Source: Raillietiella orientalis (lineage: Eukaryota). From it: a DNA stretch of 64,000 bases. How positions within the stretch are numbered: the first letter of the stretch is position 1; every line of letters begins with the position of its first letter. Shown piece after piece: positions 26,706 through 38,499 of the stretch. The stretch spans positions 1,860,001 through 1,924,000 of the forward strand of contig JAYWIR010000023.1 of the NCBI GenBank assembly GCA_036172245.1, in the 5' to 3' direction. The notes below the pieces were generated by a model. That model saw nothing but the letters and a program-made list of their open reading frames with translations, was not told the DNA's origin and did not search any database. Position numbers and translations under genes: made by a program.

Positions 26706-26780
26706 GCCCTGGTGGGATTCGAACCCGCGACCATGGCACCACGTGCGGAGACTGCAGCCACGAGGCCTACATCGCGGGCA
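26706..26780 (-). promoter_or_regulatory. tRNA-derived head / Pol III type-2 internal promoter at the 5' end of L1 D
   Basis: Perfect B box GGTTCGAATCC (26715-26725) in a T-arm GCGGG/CCCAC. A-box-like TAGGCCTCGTGG (26758-26769), 32 nt away. Partial acceptor stem TGCCC/GGGCA. Confidence 0.8.
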
Positions 26781-26829
26781 CCTGGGGACAGTTCTGAGGA
26801 TTCCGAAGATCCTGGGGGCACATGAGCTC

Positions 26830-29800
26830 GCGTGCTTTTTCAGCACTGATTTTCATCTCCACAGCATGTACACTTACAGTGGCGGGTACACCTCTTTGTC
26901 AGAGCGATCAGCTCAGAGTAAATTGTCGCTCTTCGTTCCTCAGGACGTCCGTCGGTAGAGCAGCTGCTTGTGGGTGTATGACTGACCCTATCCGAGGAGT
27001 TTCCTCGCAGTCGGTTTTTATCTACGGTCATCTGATGGGTGTTCTTTGAATCGGAGAGCAATTCATTGGGAATCTGCGCAGTCGCTCTAGAGCAATCTTC
27101 AAAGACACGACTTTTGCACACAGACGCGTCCTTCATTCGAGCCCGTTTTAGAGAACGTGGTTTCGTCGCACCTTCCAACCTGCTCCTGTTCCGGGAAATT
27201 GTACTTGGAACACCTCACGACTAGGAGTAATAAAAATGCACGCTTCCCGCGAAAAGCCCCGAGAACGAGGGGTTCGGGTGCATCTTCCGGTTTTTAGCTC
27301 GCTGTGGTTGTTTTGCTCACTTATTACCGGATGCAGCTGTGAAACGGAAGAATTTACTCGGAAATGCACTCATTTCTCAGGATTGAGGGCAGATCGGCGA
27401 ATCTGTGACGCTGCAGGCTGGATTTCATTCGTATTTTGCAATACGAACCTGAACGATCAAAAATACACGCGTTACTGACCGATTGCTTGCGAACGCGCTC
27501 ATCAAACAGAAGTCTTCTGGCAATCCTGAGAGTAGAAAAAGAAGGGGGGGGGGGATCACACGTTTCCTGCGGACTGTCATCCGATTCCCAATTATCGAGT
27601 TGGGGCTTATGCTGTCCTGAATCATCTAATTTAGTACTTGTTTATTGCACTTCCTTTCTCATGATTGTCAATCGGAGGAAATCCTTTTAGGAAAAATAGA
27701 TGAAACGAAAAAGTCACGAAATAAGCAAGTTTCGACGGTGACGATTTATGGGGTGCTTGACAAGAAGTCTCAACACTTTTTTTTTTTTCTTGTGGAGAAG
27801 TCTCAACGATCGCAATTATAGCAATCTAGGCAAAAAGGGCACCAGTTTTCTGTTCGGTAAACGTGTCATTATGCACTGGGATGATCCCGCACTTCGGAGA
27901 ATGCAAGTTACAACCATCAGTCATCATGACTTATTAACGAAATTGGATGAAAATTTTCAAAATTGAGTGTCGCTGCAAGTCACTGTGTGCAGCAGGATGT
28001 CGTTTCCATTTGCTTACAAAAGAATGGAGTTTCATCCAGAAGTTTCATTTCTGCAAAATACGCTCCAGAAGTCTGCGATCTTGGATGAGGATATTTTCCA
28101 CGGGAAACCTTTCTGGTGCGGTGGCCACTTTGACAGGAAACGCCTAGGGCGCCGAGCAGCGAGAAATGCCTCCAGTATGGCGACTGGCAACAATGGGCCG
28201 AGACGCGTGCAGCTGAGAGAGGGCTTTTCCGCTTCCGGTTTTCGTTTCTCTTCCACAGCGGCGAAGCTCTCCGGCTCCACCATTTCAAACTCACTGCTTC
28301 GAAGTTGGGACCAGAGAGGGATGCGGACAGCCGCAGCATTCATCAGCGTTCATCTCAGGAAAACCGATCGTTGAGGATTTCTTGTTGACGGTTTGCTTGT
28401 TTCATGTTCCATTGGTGCACGCTCCTTTTTCCTTTTTTTTCCCTCTTTTTTTATTTATTTATTTTTTACTCACATAGCGTGGTGCGATTCTGGGAATCCT
28501 GGTAGGGAAGCGTGACTCCTAGTTGTCACGGTGTGTTATCGAAAAACAAACAAAGAACAACCAAATGATAAGCCTGGCATTCTTAAATCCGCTGTAGGGG
28601 GGATGTGCTTGCTGTCTCCCTGATTTGTGCTTTGAAAACATGTTCAAGTGAAACTCACTTGTTACTGCGCCCGAATGATCTAATGAATTCTGATGCTGGG
28701 AGACTGGTTCGTTTCATCAAACTGGGAGTTCTTGCTAATTGGATGACCGCCGTTTGGACGCACTCTGTTTCCTTAGCTAAGCTCTTCCTTATGCAGGAAG
28801 CTTGAATCGTTAGTTTGAAACGTCACGTGGTGAATGCTTGAAACTAGTTAGTTTTCCTCCCGCAGGTGCTCATCATACATACATGCTACGAGAGTCGAGA
28901 ATGAAATGAGCAATTTTGCTGATCCGTTGAGCTTTTTGCCCCAATTGCATTTCCGGTCGAGTGTGCTGCACTTCGAAATGATGCTCCCGCAGCTTCCAAT
29001 AGCACCTTGCGTCTTGTAATCACCGATGTCTGACAATTCCGAATTCTTGTCAAGTCACCATGTGTTTTGCAATAATTTTAAAATGCGGTGAATCTGTACC
29101 GATCGTCCTCATCCTGGGTCAACAGACGGATTCTGGCATCAATTTGCACACGGTGCATCCCATGAATTCTCCTACTATCATCAATGAGATCCCTCGTGCA
29201 GTTCACACAGAGAGAGCGAATTCCTGTGGCTTCAGGAAGGGTTCGGGCCCTTCGCATTTGCGACTTCTCTCGGATGGTTCAACGTCGGCAAGGCGACGGC
29301 ACATCGGCGAGCTGCGTGCACGCACTTGCGCAGGAAGATGCAGAAAAAAGATGAAGTTTAGCGCGCGCGACGCTTCTCGGGGTGCAAGTCTGGATTCCTT
29401 TCCTTCCGGCGGAAGGAGGCAGGCACAGGAAGTGCGCGTCGCATGCGCCCGAAACAAGGCGATTCCGGGCATGCATTCAGCTCGGGCTGGTGGCACGGAT
29501 GACGGCCAAGCCCACGGAGCGCGTGTTGACCGAAAGTGTTCAACGCCATTCGCGTTCCGCGCACGAGAGGTCGACCGCCCTGCGGGAGAGCGGACGCTTG
29601 GTGCTCGTCCCGAGGACGTGACTTTCGGGTCGCGCCTTCTGCAACTCGTTCCCCAAGCTTCCGCGTGCGTGCAGGTCGCCGTGCCGACCATGACTGGGAA
29701 CAGCTGACCTGGCTCGCTCCGGGAAGTCCGACTTTCGATGATTTCCGTGCGCCCTCCGCCGAGACCGTAGGTGCGCATCAGGAAGATTCGGTCGCTTTCC

Positions 29801-32800
29801 GAGAAGAGGCGTGCGGGAGGGGCCACGCCTTCTTGCGCGTCTTCGCGCGTCCGGAAGGAGGCCGTGATTTCGACCACGTCGCGAGTCAGTGGGGCGGTAC
29901 ACCACCAGCCGCTGTTCTTCGGAACGCCATCCACGTGTTGTGTGTGCGCTTTAGCTCGTCCTGATTATTCCAGTGCCCGGATCCAGTTTTTGAAATGCCG
30001 AGGTTGCGTCATTCTTATCGCATCTTCAGCTGTTGCCTCGCGACGAATTTACCCAGTTATCGGGTCTTCCATTGGACGGTTTGCACGAAAGACAGATCTC
30101 GAGGGAAGCAAGCGAAGAGGCCTCCTTCCCTCCTGGCAACGGCAGTGGACAACTCGAGTGCTCAGGGAGCAACTTGGCTGGCAACGGCTCAGGTTGGCTT
30201 CAGGGAATCTTGTGCTGTTGTGTTCGTCCTGACGTTAGAGGGAGATGGGGTGCAGGAGGATTTCGCAGTGAGCGCCGCCCGTTCCCTTTTTTCTTCTTCC
30301 TCTTCTCTGAGTCTCGCGAATCCCCATGCGCCTTCCAGAGCACGCCTCCCCCTCCTGCCTCTCCTCGTTCAAAAGGCTAGGAAACGGCACGATTCCCCCC
30401 ACCATCACCGTCATCCCGTGCAGGTGGAACGGGCATACCGAGGAAGTGACGGCAATGGGCGACGCAAGAAACCGGAAGCTCCCTTCGCAGTCCCTTCCGG
30501 GTTGCGAAGCCGTCAGCGCATTCGATGCTCAGAGTTTCACGCCGGCTGCGCAGGGTCACGCGTGCGCTTCGTTCGTAGGGCCTGGAGTGTCCCTGCCCGT
30601 CTTCTGAGAGCGGCGGTGGTCTACACGGAGCTCGACCCGGTCATCCGAGAGATTCGCCGCTGCTGAAGGGCAGGCCGGTCTCCCGTCGAGGCACAGCCGG
30701 AGGTTCAGACGCGATGTCCGCATTGCTGAGTAACGAGAAGGGCTCTTGCCCGGCGGAGAAAGTGGCGTCTCATCAGGAGAGGCGCAGTTGCCGCGGCATC
30801 CTTCAGGACGGCCGCAGGTTACCGGGAGCTGCTGCTGCAAATCCGTGCGCGAAAAGCGGTGGAGGCGATGCTTCGGGGGGAAGGGGGGGGGGCGGACGAG
30901 ACCGAGAGCCAAACAGGAATCCCGCCATCGGGAGGATCCTTGCCTTGCAAGGATCCTCCCTGCTGGTCAAGGAAGGGATGCATGCGCCGCTGCATCCCGG
31001 ACGCCATCTTTCGAGTGCGTGCGCGTGTGGGGGGGGGAGGGGAGGAGGGGCGAGAGAATGCGGCACGCGGGACCTGGGAGCAGCGCGCGCTTCCCGCGCC
31101 CGCTCGAGCGTTCAGGCGAGTCCTGAGTGCGACACGGCGAACCCGCACCCACTCGGTTCTCGGCGACGCGTGTTCGTGTGACCCCTCCCCCCCTGCCTCC
31201 CTCCAGTAGGAACCTTCCCTCCTGCCGTTCCAAGGGAATCATGGGATTCTGGAGGAACGTTCGGCTTGCCTTGGGCTGCGTGGTGCCCTGCGTGCTGGAG
31301 CCGGGAAGCCGGGGCTGGGAGGCTCTCGCGATGTGCCTTCGTGGCGGGGTTCGCTGCCGTCGATCCCGCGGGGAGACCTCTCTCTGGACGTCGGACGTGG
31401 AGCTGTGCGACCTAGACGGTGATGTCCCTTGAGCGGCCCAGGGAAGCACCCGCTCGCGCCGACCGGATGCCTCCCTCTCTCCCCCTTCTGGGCAGGCAGG
31501 CGTGCGGGCTTGACCGACGGACAGAGAGGGCAAGAAGAGGAGAAGGAGGAACCGATCCGGGATCGCACAGGGAATGCCCCCGTCGCCACGGGTAGCCAGG
31601 CACGTCCAGGCCTGCTTCGCCTTGTGCGTCTGCCTTGCACCTGCGCCGCCCAAGCGTCCAAGGTGCTTCGGTTGGACGCGGCGGTTCTTCCCAGCCTGCT
31701 CTCCGGGAGGGGACAGGCGCACCGGTCCCTCCCTGGGAGCATTTTCCGGCGGCCAACGCTCGCGGGACTCGCAGAAGGCGTGCCTGCAACCCAGCCAACG
31801 ATGAACGGCCGAGCAGCCCATCCCCGTCGAAAAAGCGTTGCCACGGGAAATCCAGGAACAGGATGATTCCGAGGAGTCTCCGTTCGGGCGCGTCCTGCTT
31901 CGCCCCGGCGGTCAGCTCCAGCCGCTTCTTTCCCGCGAATAAACACGTGCGGAGGCATAGCGGTCCTCACGCGAGGGGGTAAGGGGTGGGAGGAGGGGAA
32001 GGGAGGGATCAAGGAAGGGATGTAAGCACGCCAGGGAAAGATGAGGGAATATGCCTTGGAGGGAGAGGGTACGAGGGGTCGTACAGCCGGCCTGGGAAGC
32101 CCTGCAGCGGCTCCAGGAGTGGCACCCAGGAGCGTGGTGGCGGGAACACCGACGATGGCCTAGCTGACCTGATCTGCCTTCTTCCCCTCTTCTGGCCTCC
32201 GCGGGGTCGTCCAGGCGGCAGAGAGATCCGCCTCGCGCTGTCGTGGAGGGAGGAGGAGGAAGAGGAGACGCTCCCACCGCCAGACTCGATTGGTCGTGGT
32301 GCCGTGGGCACGAACCCCATCCCTTCTCGACCACCACAGGAGGAGGGCATCACGAGAGGTCGATTCCCGCAGTCAAGAATGGGAGCTGACCCTAGGAAAC
32401 AACCGAGATGAACTCTACCACTTCCAAGCGCTGAGGCTGCTCGGCCCTTGACCTCTCCCGAAGAAATTCGGCGTCTTCCGGCTTCAAGTGATGCCCACAG
32501 GCTTCTTCTCTCACAGCATCTCCTTCCGCGGGTCGCAGCTGCCTGGCTTCGCGGGAATTCCCTGGATCGCGTGGACTTCTGCGGTCACCTCCGCGACCTT
32601 CGTCGTCCCCAGCCACAGAAGAGTATCTCCTGTGGCCGGGAACCAAGCCTAGCCATCCTGAGGTCAACGGAATGCTGCTCTTGCTGATGAGAGCTCCGGC
32701 CTCTCGGCTGCAGCCACCTGGCTTGCTGCCCGCTCTTCCCCCCCTGCTTCTGCGGGATGCAGCCTTCCTCAATCAAGTCGTCCCGCAGCCAACGGCGCAC

Positions 32801-33200
32801 GTTCTTCACCGCAATCCTCCCCTTCCTCCGCCGTCCTTTGCCCAGTCTTCCTCAGAGCGCGGACGGCGAGACGGCCTGGGGCGCCCCCAGCAGGTTTCCC
32901 AGGCTCCCGACAGCGCTTTGGAAGCCTCCCTGCCTGTCCTCAACGTGCCCACCCTTTGGGGATTGGTCGGTCCTTCGAGCCGTCTTTTGCGCCTCTTCCA
33001 AACAGCAGCCGCTGCTCAGGGCGATCAGCGCATACCACCGCAAGCCCAGGTCTCCCCAGCTCCCCGAATCCGCATCATGGGGGTCAGTCCCGAACTGCAC
33101 ACCCGACGTTCTGACCCGACACGAGGGGAAGCGCTTCGTTGGAAGGAGAAGAAGGAGAGGAGAAGAATGGGTGCACCACTACCTGGGGATGATAAGATCG
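26830..33200 (-). mobile_element. Decayed near-full-length GC-rich L1 (E), no RNase H seen
   Basis: VDLRMARL (ORF1, ~32650). atcctgttcctggatttcccgtggc (~31850, ~IL.WN.RG). RGRNHGLL..ARRRARRR (~GDRNT.FF...RRR). FKIIAK and KTQGA (~29070-29010). ORF 28032..28343 matches the RT C-terminal pattern. zf-RVT-like 27150-27370. PEERRATIY (~26930, ~W.ERN.R.F). Confidence 0.75.
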
Positions 33201-33799
33201 TGTGGGTCGGGAACGAGGGGTCCACGATTCTGGAAAACTGAGGATGCGGAAAGTCCAGGCAGAGATTAAGGTGCGATTGGAAAGAGCCTGGCACGTTGGA
33301 ATGGCCAGAGAATCATTAAACGACTGAAACAATGAAAAGTCATCGCGAAATCATGGAAGATCACCTTCGCGGACCTTGGAGATCTTTGTCAGAGGGCTGG
33401 GTGCTCCCATGACTCAGCTAATCTCCCCCCCGCCCACGCAATCCTACGTCATTTCTGTTTCCATCAAAGAGTTTTCCGTGACTCGCCTGCCAGAGGGCGT
33501 GGGTTGCCAAGTAACACACCAAACTCACGTACTGCCCGATTAATACTTGCACCACCGACGCACCGCAAGATGACGCTGGTTGGTGTCTATTCATCTGGGT
33601 GCGGCATTGGTAGTGGTTAAAACCGGATGCCTCCTATGAGGGCCGGAACAATAGGAGTCGACCTTCGGGTTCTTCCAGGAATCAAGGAGTAGGAGTTCCC
33701 CTCCGGTTGTGAAGGAGCGGACCCTCCATTCTGGAGGGACCCCCCGCGTCGTACTGATGAAGTAGCTGTGTCTCCACTTCTCCAGAGAGAGCAGAAAAG

Positions 33800-33990
33800 C
33801 GAGCCGATCCTTTTGGGGAAGCAAAGCTCCCTCCTGAATTTTGGGAGCGTCCCTTTGGCGTTCTCTGCAGGGGAGGAAACAGGAGCGGTTCCCTTGCGGG
33901 TTCCCTCCGGAGAAGAAAAAATGGAGCGGACTCCCTCGGGGGTCTCTCCAGAGAGAATAAGGAAGGGTTCAGGGTTCCCCTTCGGAGACA
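33800..33990 (+). repeat. Array of ~40-nt hairpin monomers in L1 F leader
   Basis: Units start at ~33800, 33844, 33882, 33923 and 33961, e.g. ggagcggttcccttgcgggttccctccggaga and ggagcggactccctcgggggtctctccagaga. Confidence 0.8.
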
Positions 33991-35725
33991 ACCAGGTTGG
34001 AGGTGATCCCCATTTCCGGGGATACCTCCCCAGTCTTGAGAGGGACGGACTCAACTCCGAGACCTTCCTGGATTCATAGGGCGGTCTCCTCCCAGGGTTA
34101 CTCCCTATCTTGAAGAATTATACGCACTTCGGGTGGCATGGAGCAGCGTGAAAGAGCTGCGAAAACAGCAAAGACAGAAAAGAAGGATTTCCATCATCAA
34201 AGGTGTCGCGCGCATTCCGGGTTTGCTGGGAGCTGCCCTGACCGCAAGTCCGTCCGGAAATGGAACACCTCCCACGCACACATCCAGGAGCGGCCGAATA
34301 CGGTTCAGACGAGACGCGAGCCTTCTCTCGCCTTCCGAGATCGCCTCGCTTGCGCGCCAAGGCTCTCGTGCTGGGATGCAGCTCGTCCCATTCGCAATGG
34401 GGACGGTTCCAGTGTCGCAAGAGAGATCGTCCGGACCACGCGCGCCTACTATGTCGTCCCTTGCTGAATCAGCATAAGTGAACAAGTGGAGTGCGGACAT
34501 ACTGCCACTGCCGAAGCTGCCTTCAGGCTGACGTAAGTACCGTTGAGCTTTTCCTCGTCACATCCGCCTACGAAAGTTTCCGGGTGGAAGGGGCATTTTG
34601 GCTCGGCTGCACCTGCCTCTCGTTCGGAAGTGAAGACCGAAGGGGCTCATTTCAGGCAGCTGTACTTGAAAAAGAAATAAAAATAAAAAAGCCTTCGGGC
34701 TGCTTGATCTCCGAGGCCTTTCCACTATCTGGAGTCTTTCCGAATCACTCCTTGAACCCTCCTTGTACAGTAAGCAGCTTGCCGAGCAGAATGATTGGGC
34801 TGTGTGAGTTGCCCATTAGTACAACCCCGCAAAGGGCAGTTCTGGTACTTTGGTTGGGAGTGAGCTTTTCCTCTCTTCGCCAAGGTCGAATGCCAGGAAG
34901 AGTACCTGAACTCCATCCCACAAGAAGGTTCCGAGCGTTGTTCCAACTCACATCTTTACTTCAGTACTTGCGAAAAACGTCCATCCGACATCTTCGATTC
35001 CCCTGCATTCCCCTACCACCTCCAGACTATGCAAGTTGGCGATGGTGCGTGTCCTGAAGGCAGTGCTGAGGAATCGACGCAGGTGGCGAAGAATAAAGAG
35101 CAAGGGATTGAGTTCGAGTTTGGCAAGGAGAGGAATGGCCAAAGAGTGAGCGAGAATTCGCCTCGATCGGAGGCGGTTCATTTTGATCCTAGAAGCCACG
35201 GTGGTGATCCACTGCGACAAGGGAACCCACTTATTTGCCTGAATTACCGAACGAATATGCGAAGGGCAGAGCCGGGGGAAACATGCCGACAACGAGGAAG
35301 GGAATCTGAAAATCGAAGAGAAGCAAGCAAGCAAGCTTTCGACGCTGTTCCCTCCCCGGAAACGCTCTCAAACGCACGTGGCGTGAAAGACAGATCTCAG
35401 TCATGGAAACAGGAAAGAAAAGAATGCTGAATGCAGCACCGGATGAAAATAGAGGACGAAGGAGAGAATAGAGGACCTCTCTTAAGAAAGCGAGGAAGAG
35501 CGAAGAAGCATGCTCTGGGAGGGAAGCTCAAGGAGAGTAAGCTCAAGAACTCTCGCTAGAGACACCAGCTATGGAGTCGAGGAACTTCTGGTTATCTGGT
35601 TCCAATCCTCGCAGACACTGAAAGTGGTTGATGGAGTGTTTCGAATTCACGAGCTGCGTCTTGTTCCACGCAAACACATTTACGTGTTATGTTGCACCGG
35701 AAGGGGAATGCTTGCCTCACTTCTG

Positions 35726-35766
35726 GTTAACCAATCGTGACAGTTGCCTCGTCACGATTGGTTAAC
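35726..35766. repeat. Perfect 16-bp inverted repeat with 9-nt loop
   Basis: gttaaccaatcgtgac-agttgcctc-gtcacgattggttaac. Confidence 0.95.
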
Positions 35767-38499
35767 TGCTTCCTCCTAATAGCGACAGTAGCATGTTCTT
35801 CAGTGAAGACGACGCTGCCTTTGCAGAAATCAAGTGCAAGAGTGCCAGACCCAATCAATCCCCGACGAGTGGATCATGAATTCGGGCAGTTTCATCGAAT
35901 TTCTCAGTGATTCTTCATTCTATGCAACCATTAAGCTGACTCATCTCTGTTCTTTCATGAAAAGGATCCAATAAATTCCTCATTATGGAATAAATTGTAT
36001 AGTAAGGACTCTATTACTACAGTATGATATCAGAAATTACCAGAGTTCTCCCCCCCTCCCTCCTCGAAGAAGAAATACATCAATTCCTGGAATCCCCGGA
36101 GATGCAAAATTTTCGCTACCTTCCGGGTTCTCTGAGTTATGCCTCACGCAATGGAATCTCACGATAGCTTACTTTCTACAGACAATAAATCAGCTTTTGC
36201 CTTCTACTGTATTTTTTTCAAAATTATAGACTGACTTGCTGGAACTGTTTCTTGTAACAGTGTCACGAATTCCACAGGATCTGACACATTCCACAAAATG
36301 CGCAGCATGAAACCTTTATGCTGATTCGTCTTTCTCAGGAAAACCATGTTTATCCGACGATGAGATTTCTTAGTACCAGAGCTCAACTGTAATTGCTATG
36401 GCAGCGACTGCTTAAAGCATCTATTCCTAGCACTTGATATCAACTAAGTGTTAAGAAGTAAAGACTCGAGAGCTGATAGGCTGAATTTTTTCTTCATTTA
36501 ATGTAATTATGGCCCACAGAGAGCTTTTTTATGCTGATGGATGCAGACGTTTCAGCCAGGGCTGCTACCGTTCACAGACCAGTAACCAGAAGAACACTTT
36601 TCATGTCACGACTCTGGAGTTGCTCAACACGACCGTAAGACAGGACCAGAAATCCTTGGAGCTGGTGCTGAATTCATTGGTCAAATAGCAGAAGCAGAAC
36701 AGAATCCTGGCGACCTGTTGGCGCTTTACTGGATCAGATTATCAGCTTCCTTGATTACATACAGGTTGTTGACATAGCTATCTTGATAATCTTGATTCCA
36801 ACCGCAGGTGTGCCAATGATATTCCAACGTGAAGATATGAAAGCACAGTGATAAATGCGCAATTCATGCATCGGAAGTGGATAAACATTTCGGAAATGCA
36901 CACGGTGTGTCCCTCCTCAGCAAACCTCGCCTTTGTCTGAGATTCCTATCCTACTTTTTTTTTTTTTCCACAGTGCTAGGTCGCTCTAAAATTTTTTATT
37001 TTTTTTTTTTTTCGAGTTGTTGCAGTAATTTCAATTAACGATGCTTCACATAAGAGAATCCTGAAAATTGGTTACCTCGGAGTTACGGAAGCGTGCAGCC
37101 ATCAACTTTAATAACCTTCTCATCCTCGAAAGAATCTGCTGGACCTCAAGTCATCGCCTCATCGATCATAACAGACAAATGCACGCGTGTTAGTTCCGCA
37201 ATGGAATTTCGCGACTCCGTTGCCATTGAGCTTGTAGGTTATTCACCAAGCCCCACGTTCCAGCCTGACACTCACATCCTGTATTCCACCGTGTTTTTGT
37301 TCTTGAACAGAGTTTGTTTGGTCACGACCAAAGCTCCGGTCAAGCTTCAGAGTGGGTAGTCCATCTGGCCATCCACAGAATTCGCGAAGATTCTAAATCA
37401 GACCGATGCAAGGCTTGAAGATTTTGCAGTTTCAGTATGCGAAAAAATTGCCTTTATTTGATTGGTGGCTTGTTATTCGGTAATTAAAAAAAAAGCTAAG
37501 CAGGGGGAGAACAAAGCCTTCGTTTCCTGAAGATCCCCTTCGTTCCTGATATAATTAAGGACCTTTTCGGAACCTAATTCCATACCCCGATCCTAATAAC
37601 GGAAGTTTCTCCATTGAGGATGTGGGAATTCCATTTGTGCTGAACCTGAAGACTTCATCTTTAAAGGATTTTGCATTCACGAAGATCTCGCATATTTGTT
37701 CTTTCGTACCAAATGATGACCTCCAAGGGACAACAACAACACCAAGTGACTAAACGCGCCATTCAGAAATGAAAAAACAATTTTTTTTTGAAACACCTAT
37801 AAACAAGGGAAGCTGGTGAAACTTCTAAAGGGGGTCCATCAATCGCGCTGGCTTCTTTTCTCCAGGGATCGGTCCACGACGGAAGTAGCAACCGTATGCT
37901 GACTCCAAAATTTCACTATCGTACAGTAACAACATTTCTATAATGGTGCACGATGCGCCGCTATTTTTTTTTTTTTTTTGTTATGATTTCATGATGCTGT
38001 TTTCTATGGGCATTGGTGTTTTTGCTTTGCTGAGACAAAGAGGCTGCTGTTCTTTTAAGATGCGGGCATCTGAAAGCACGCACTACGTTATCTTGGAACC
38101 CAGAGCTCGTACTCCAGAAACGAGCCAAGTCGTCGGTTAGGTCACTGTCTGTGGGTGCATGCCTTTAAATTAGGTTTACTCGCAGCAGAACCTTTGATGT
38201 GCGCAGAACCAGGAAAATTTGGCCTTGAGTCGCTCAGAGCTTTGCCCTGCACTGCTGGGATGCTGGATTCGAAAGCCACGAGACGTTGCTCGACAAAAGC
38301 AGCAGCACCCTATCAGCAGGCGTGCATTTTGGCAGGGCAGATTTGACATTTAATTCCGAAGTCGATGACGAGCTGCTGCGTACTGCATCCTGGTGTTGTG
38401 GCTCCTTAGGCACAGAAAAGATTGTTTCAAAGTGCCTTAAAGGAAAGTTGACTCGAGCTTTCACCTCTGAGCAAAGTATGTTCTCGATGCCTCAGCAGG

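Larger units (their letters stand above)
22560..26780 (-). mobile_element. 5' half of L1 (D): tRNA-like leader, ORF1, endonuclease, RT N-terminus
   Basis: ORF 25134..25895 ARGPLPPTWW...RMARLSRVEV (ORF1). PVISFRATE and AGGGIRL (ORF 23823..24398), RLTPYSP...TWVCF (ORF 23669..23923), LLEESHGKRCRS (~EE..W.QRSR), HAFIP at ~22575. Confidence 0.75.
33485..38450 (+). mobile_element. Decayed near-full-length L1 (F) with the same 5' leader family
   Basis: Leader 33485-34116 is homologous to 26203-26780(-). ORF1-like 34130-34820. Endonuclease motifs ~35720-35990. PDTHILYSTVFLF (ORF 37093..37359, ~SHLLYADD). RNase H-like LAAEPL...GL...LDSK (ORF 38155..38346). Confidence 0.7.

Noticed and set aside
26706..26780. 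Functional tRNA gene
   Set aside because: The acceptor, D and anticodon stems are imperfect, there is no downstream T-run terminator, and the isotype cannot be assigned. It is embedded in a repeated leader.
33754..33800. Hammerhead ribozyme (CTGATGA...GAAA)
   Set aside because: No stem II closes directly onto GAAA, and the core is absent from the other two leader copies.
33800..33990. CRISPR array
   Set aside because: Units are degenerate, spacers are only ~10 nt and similar to each other, no cas genes are present, and the context is eukaryotic.
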